Positions 62,802 to 64,000 of a stretch of DNA of 64,000 bases are shown piece by piece. The position numbers and the translations under genes were made by a program. The notes under the pieces were generated by a model. That model saw nothing but the letters and a program-made list of their open reading frames with translations, was not told the origin of the DNA and made no database searches. The stretch is from contig JBECUI020000031.1 of assembly GCA_040954595.2 (NCBI GenBank), forward strand, positions 235,417 through 299,416. The letters are read 5' to 3'. Positions within the stretch are counted from its first letter, which is position 1. Every line of letters begins with the position of its first letter. This stretch comes from Balanoglossus misakiensis. Lineage: Eukaryota > Animalia > Hemichordata.

Positions 62802-64000
62802 ATGACAACAAACAACACAAAAGAACAGGAACGGGCAGAACTACACCGGACCATCTGGCAGATTGCCAACGATTTGCGCGGCAGTGTCGATGGTTGGGAC
62901 TTTAAGCAGTATGTTCTGGGAATGCTCTTTTACCGCTTTATCAGTGAGAATCTCACCAACTACATCAATGCCGAAGCAAGAAAGACACGAAAGTAGGGAC
63001 AGGTCGCGACCTGTCCCTACTCAATAAAGAGATTGAACAGATTGTAAGGAGACAGAGCCGGTTAAGAACATCTATTGATAAGATTGTGGCGGAGATTGAG
63101 GGGGAGTGAAATAGGTGTGAGGAATACGACCAACGACTATAAAATAGTTATTTACTTGCACGAACGACATCACGGCCGAAGAGATGGATACGGTAAAAGA
63201 TGGTTGGGACTTTAAGCAGTATGTTCTGGGAATGCTCTTTTACCGCTTTATCAGTGAGAATCTCACCAACTACATCAATGCCGAAGCAAGAAAGACACGA
63301 AAGTAGGGACAGGTCGCGACCTGTCCCTACTCAATAAAGAGATTGAACAGATTGTAAAGAGACAGAGCCGGTTAAGAACATCTATTAATAAGATTGTGGC
63401 GGAGATTGAGGGGGAGCCGTGCTGATACCGTAGAACGAAAAGACATTGAATACTTCGCAAAACTAGTACACAATAAGGAAATTGCAGAAAACGAATACAG
63501 CATTTCCCTATCCAACTATCTCACGGCCGAAGTAGGGACAGGTCGCGACCTGTCCCTACTCAATAAAGAGATTGAACAGATTGTAAGGAGACAGAGCCGG
63601 CTAAGAACATCTATTGATAAGATTGTGGCGGAGATTGAGGGGGAGCCGTGCTGATACCGTAGAACGAAAAAACATTGAATACTTCGCAAAACTAGTATAC
63701 AATAAGGAAATTGCAGAAAACGAATACAGCATTTCCCTATCCAACTATCTCACGGCCGAAGTAGGGACAGGTCGCGACCTGTCCCTACTCAATAAAGAGA
63801 TTGAGCAGATTCTAAGGAGACAGAGCCGGTTAAGAACATCTATTGATAAGATTGTGGCGGAGATTGAGGGGAAGCCGTGCTGATACCGTAGAACGAAAAA
63901 ACATTGAATACTTCGCAAAACTAGTACACAATAAGGAAATTGCAGAAAACGAATACAGCATTTCCCTATCCAACTATGTCACGGCCGAAGTAGGGACAGG
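62802..64000 (+). pseudogene. hsdM: Type I restriction-modification HsdM, internally deleted and tandemly rearranged
   Basis: N-terminus ERAELHRTIWQIANDLRGSVDGWDFKQYVLGMLFYRFISENL; C-terminus KDIEYFAKLV...EIAENEYSISLSNY...LNKEIEQIV.RQS.LRTSIDKIVAEIEG; catalytic core absent. Confidence 0.88.
62993..64000 (+). repeat. Second tandem array of the same 28-bp palindrome with hsdM fragments; continues past the window end
   Basis: Palindrome starts at 62993, 63303, 63532, 63761, 63990; periods 310, 229, 229, 229. Confidence 0.93.

Overview
This looks like bacterial chromosome, probably a spirochaete (inferred from a VFS|C lipobox and a DUF285/BspA surface lipoprotein). In order: (1) 1-11.8 kb, a rhamnose/methyl-sugar uptake and catabolism locus (ABC transporter, two Zn dehydrogenases, AraC regulator, MocD-like di-iron desaturase, rhaM, UroD/MtaA-family protein); (2) 12.1-15.5 kb, a repeat-rich surface lipoprotein plus the 3' remnant of a paralogue; (3) an orphan XRE antitoxin-like gene; (4) 17950-22467, a dead IS256 element with intact ends and an 8-bp target duplication (AACTTGCA). 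It is filled by about 18 tandem ~214/235-bp units, each a transposase fragment plus the perfect 28-bp GTAG palindrome GTAGGGACAGGTCGCGACCTGTCCCTAC; (5) 22.7-50.2 kb, an anaerobic purine/urate catabolism region (ygeW, xdhD, ygfM, xdh subunits, ygeY, ssnA, ygfK, NCS2 permease, allD, yqeB) with no ygeX, heavily frameshifted near the array; (6) polyprenyl synthase, threonine aldolase, osmoprotectant ABC transporter, flavoprotein reductase, GH4, TM2 protein and a second IS256 remnant; (7) from 62.8 kb, a wrecked type I R-M hsdM gene amplified in 229-bp units around the same 28-bp palindrome. The most notable signal is this REP-like palindrome. At two unrelated loci it appears to replace about 9-10 codons of a gene next to a GCCGAAG motif and is associated with tandem amplification of the surrounding gene fragment. 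No RAYT/HUH transposase gene is visible in the window. All protein calls come from motif recognition, not database searches.
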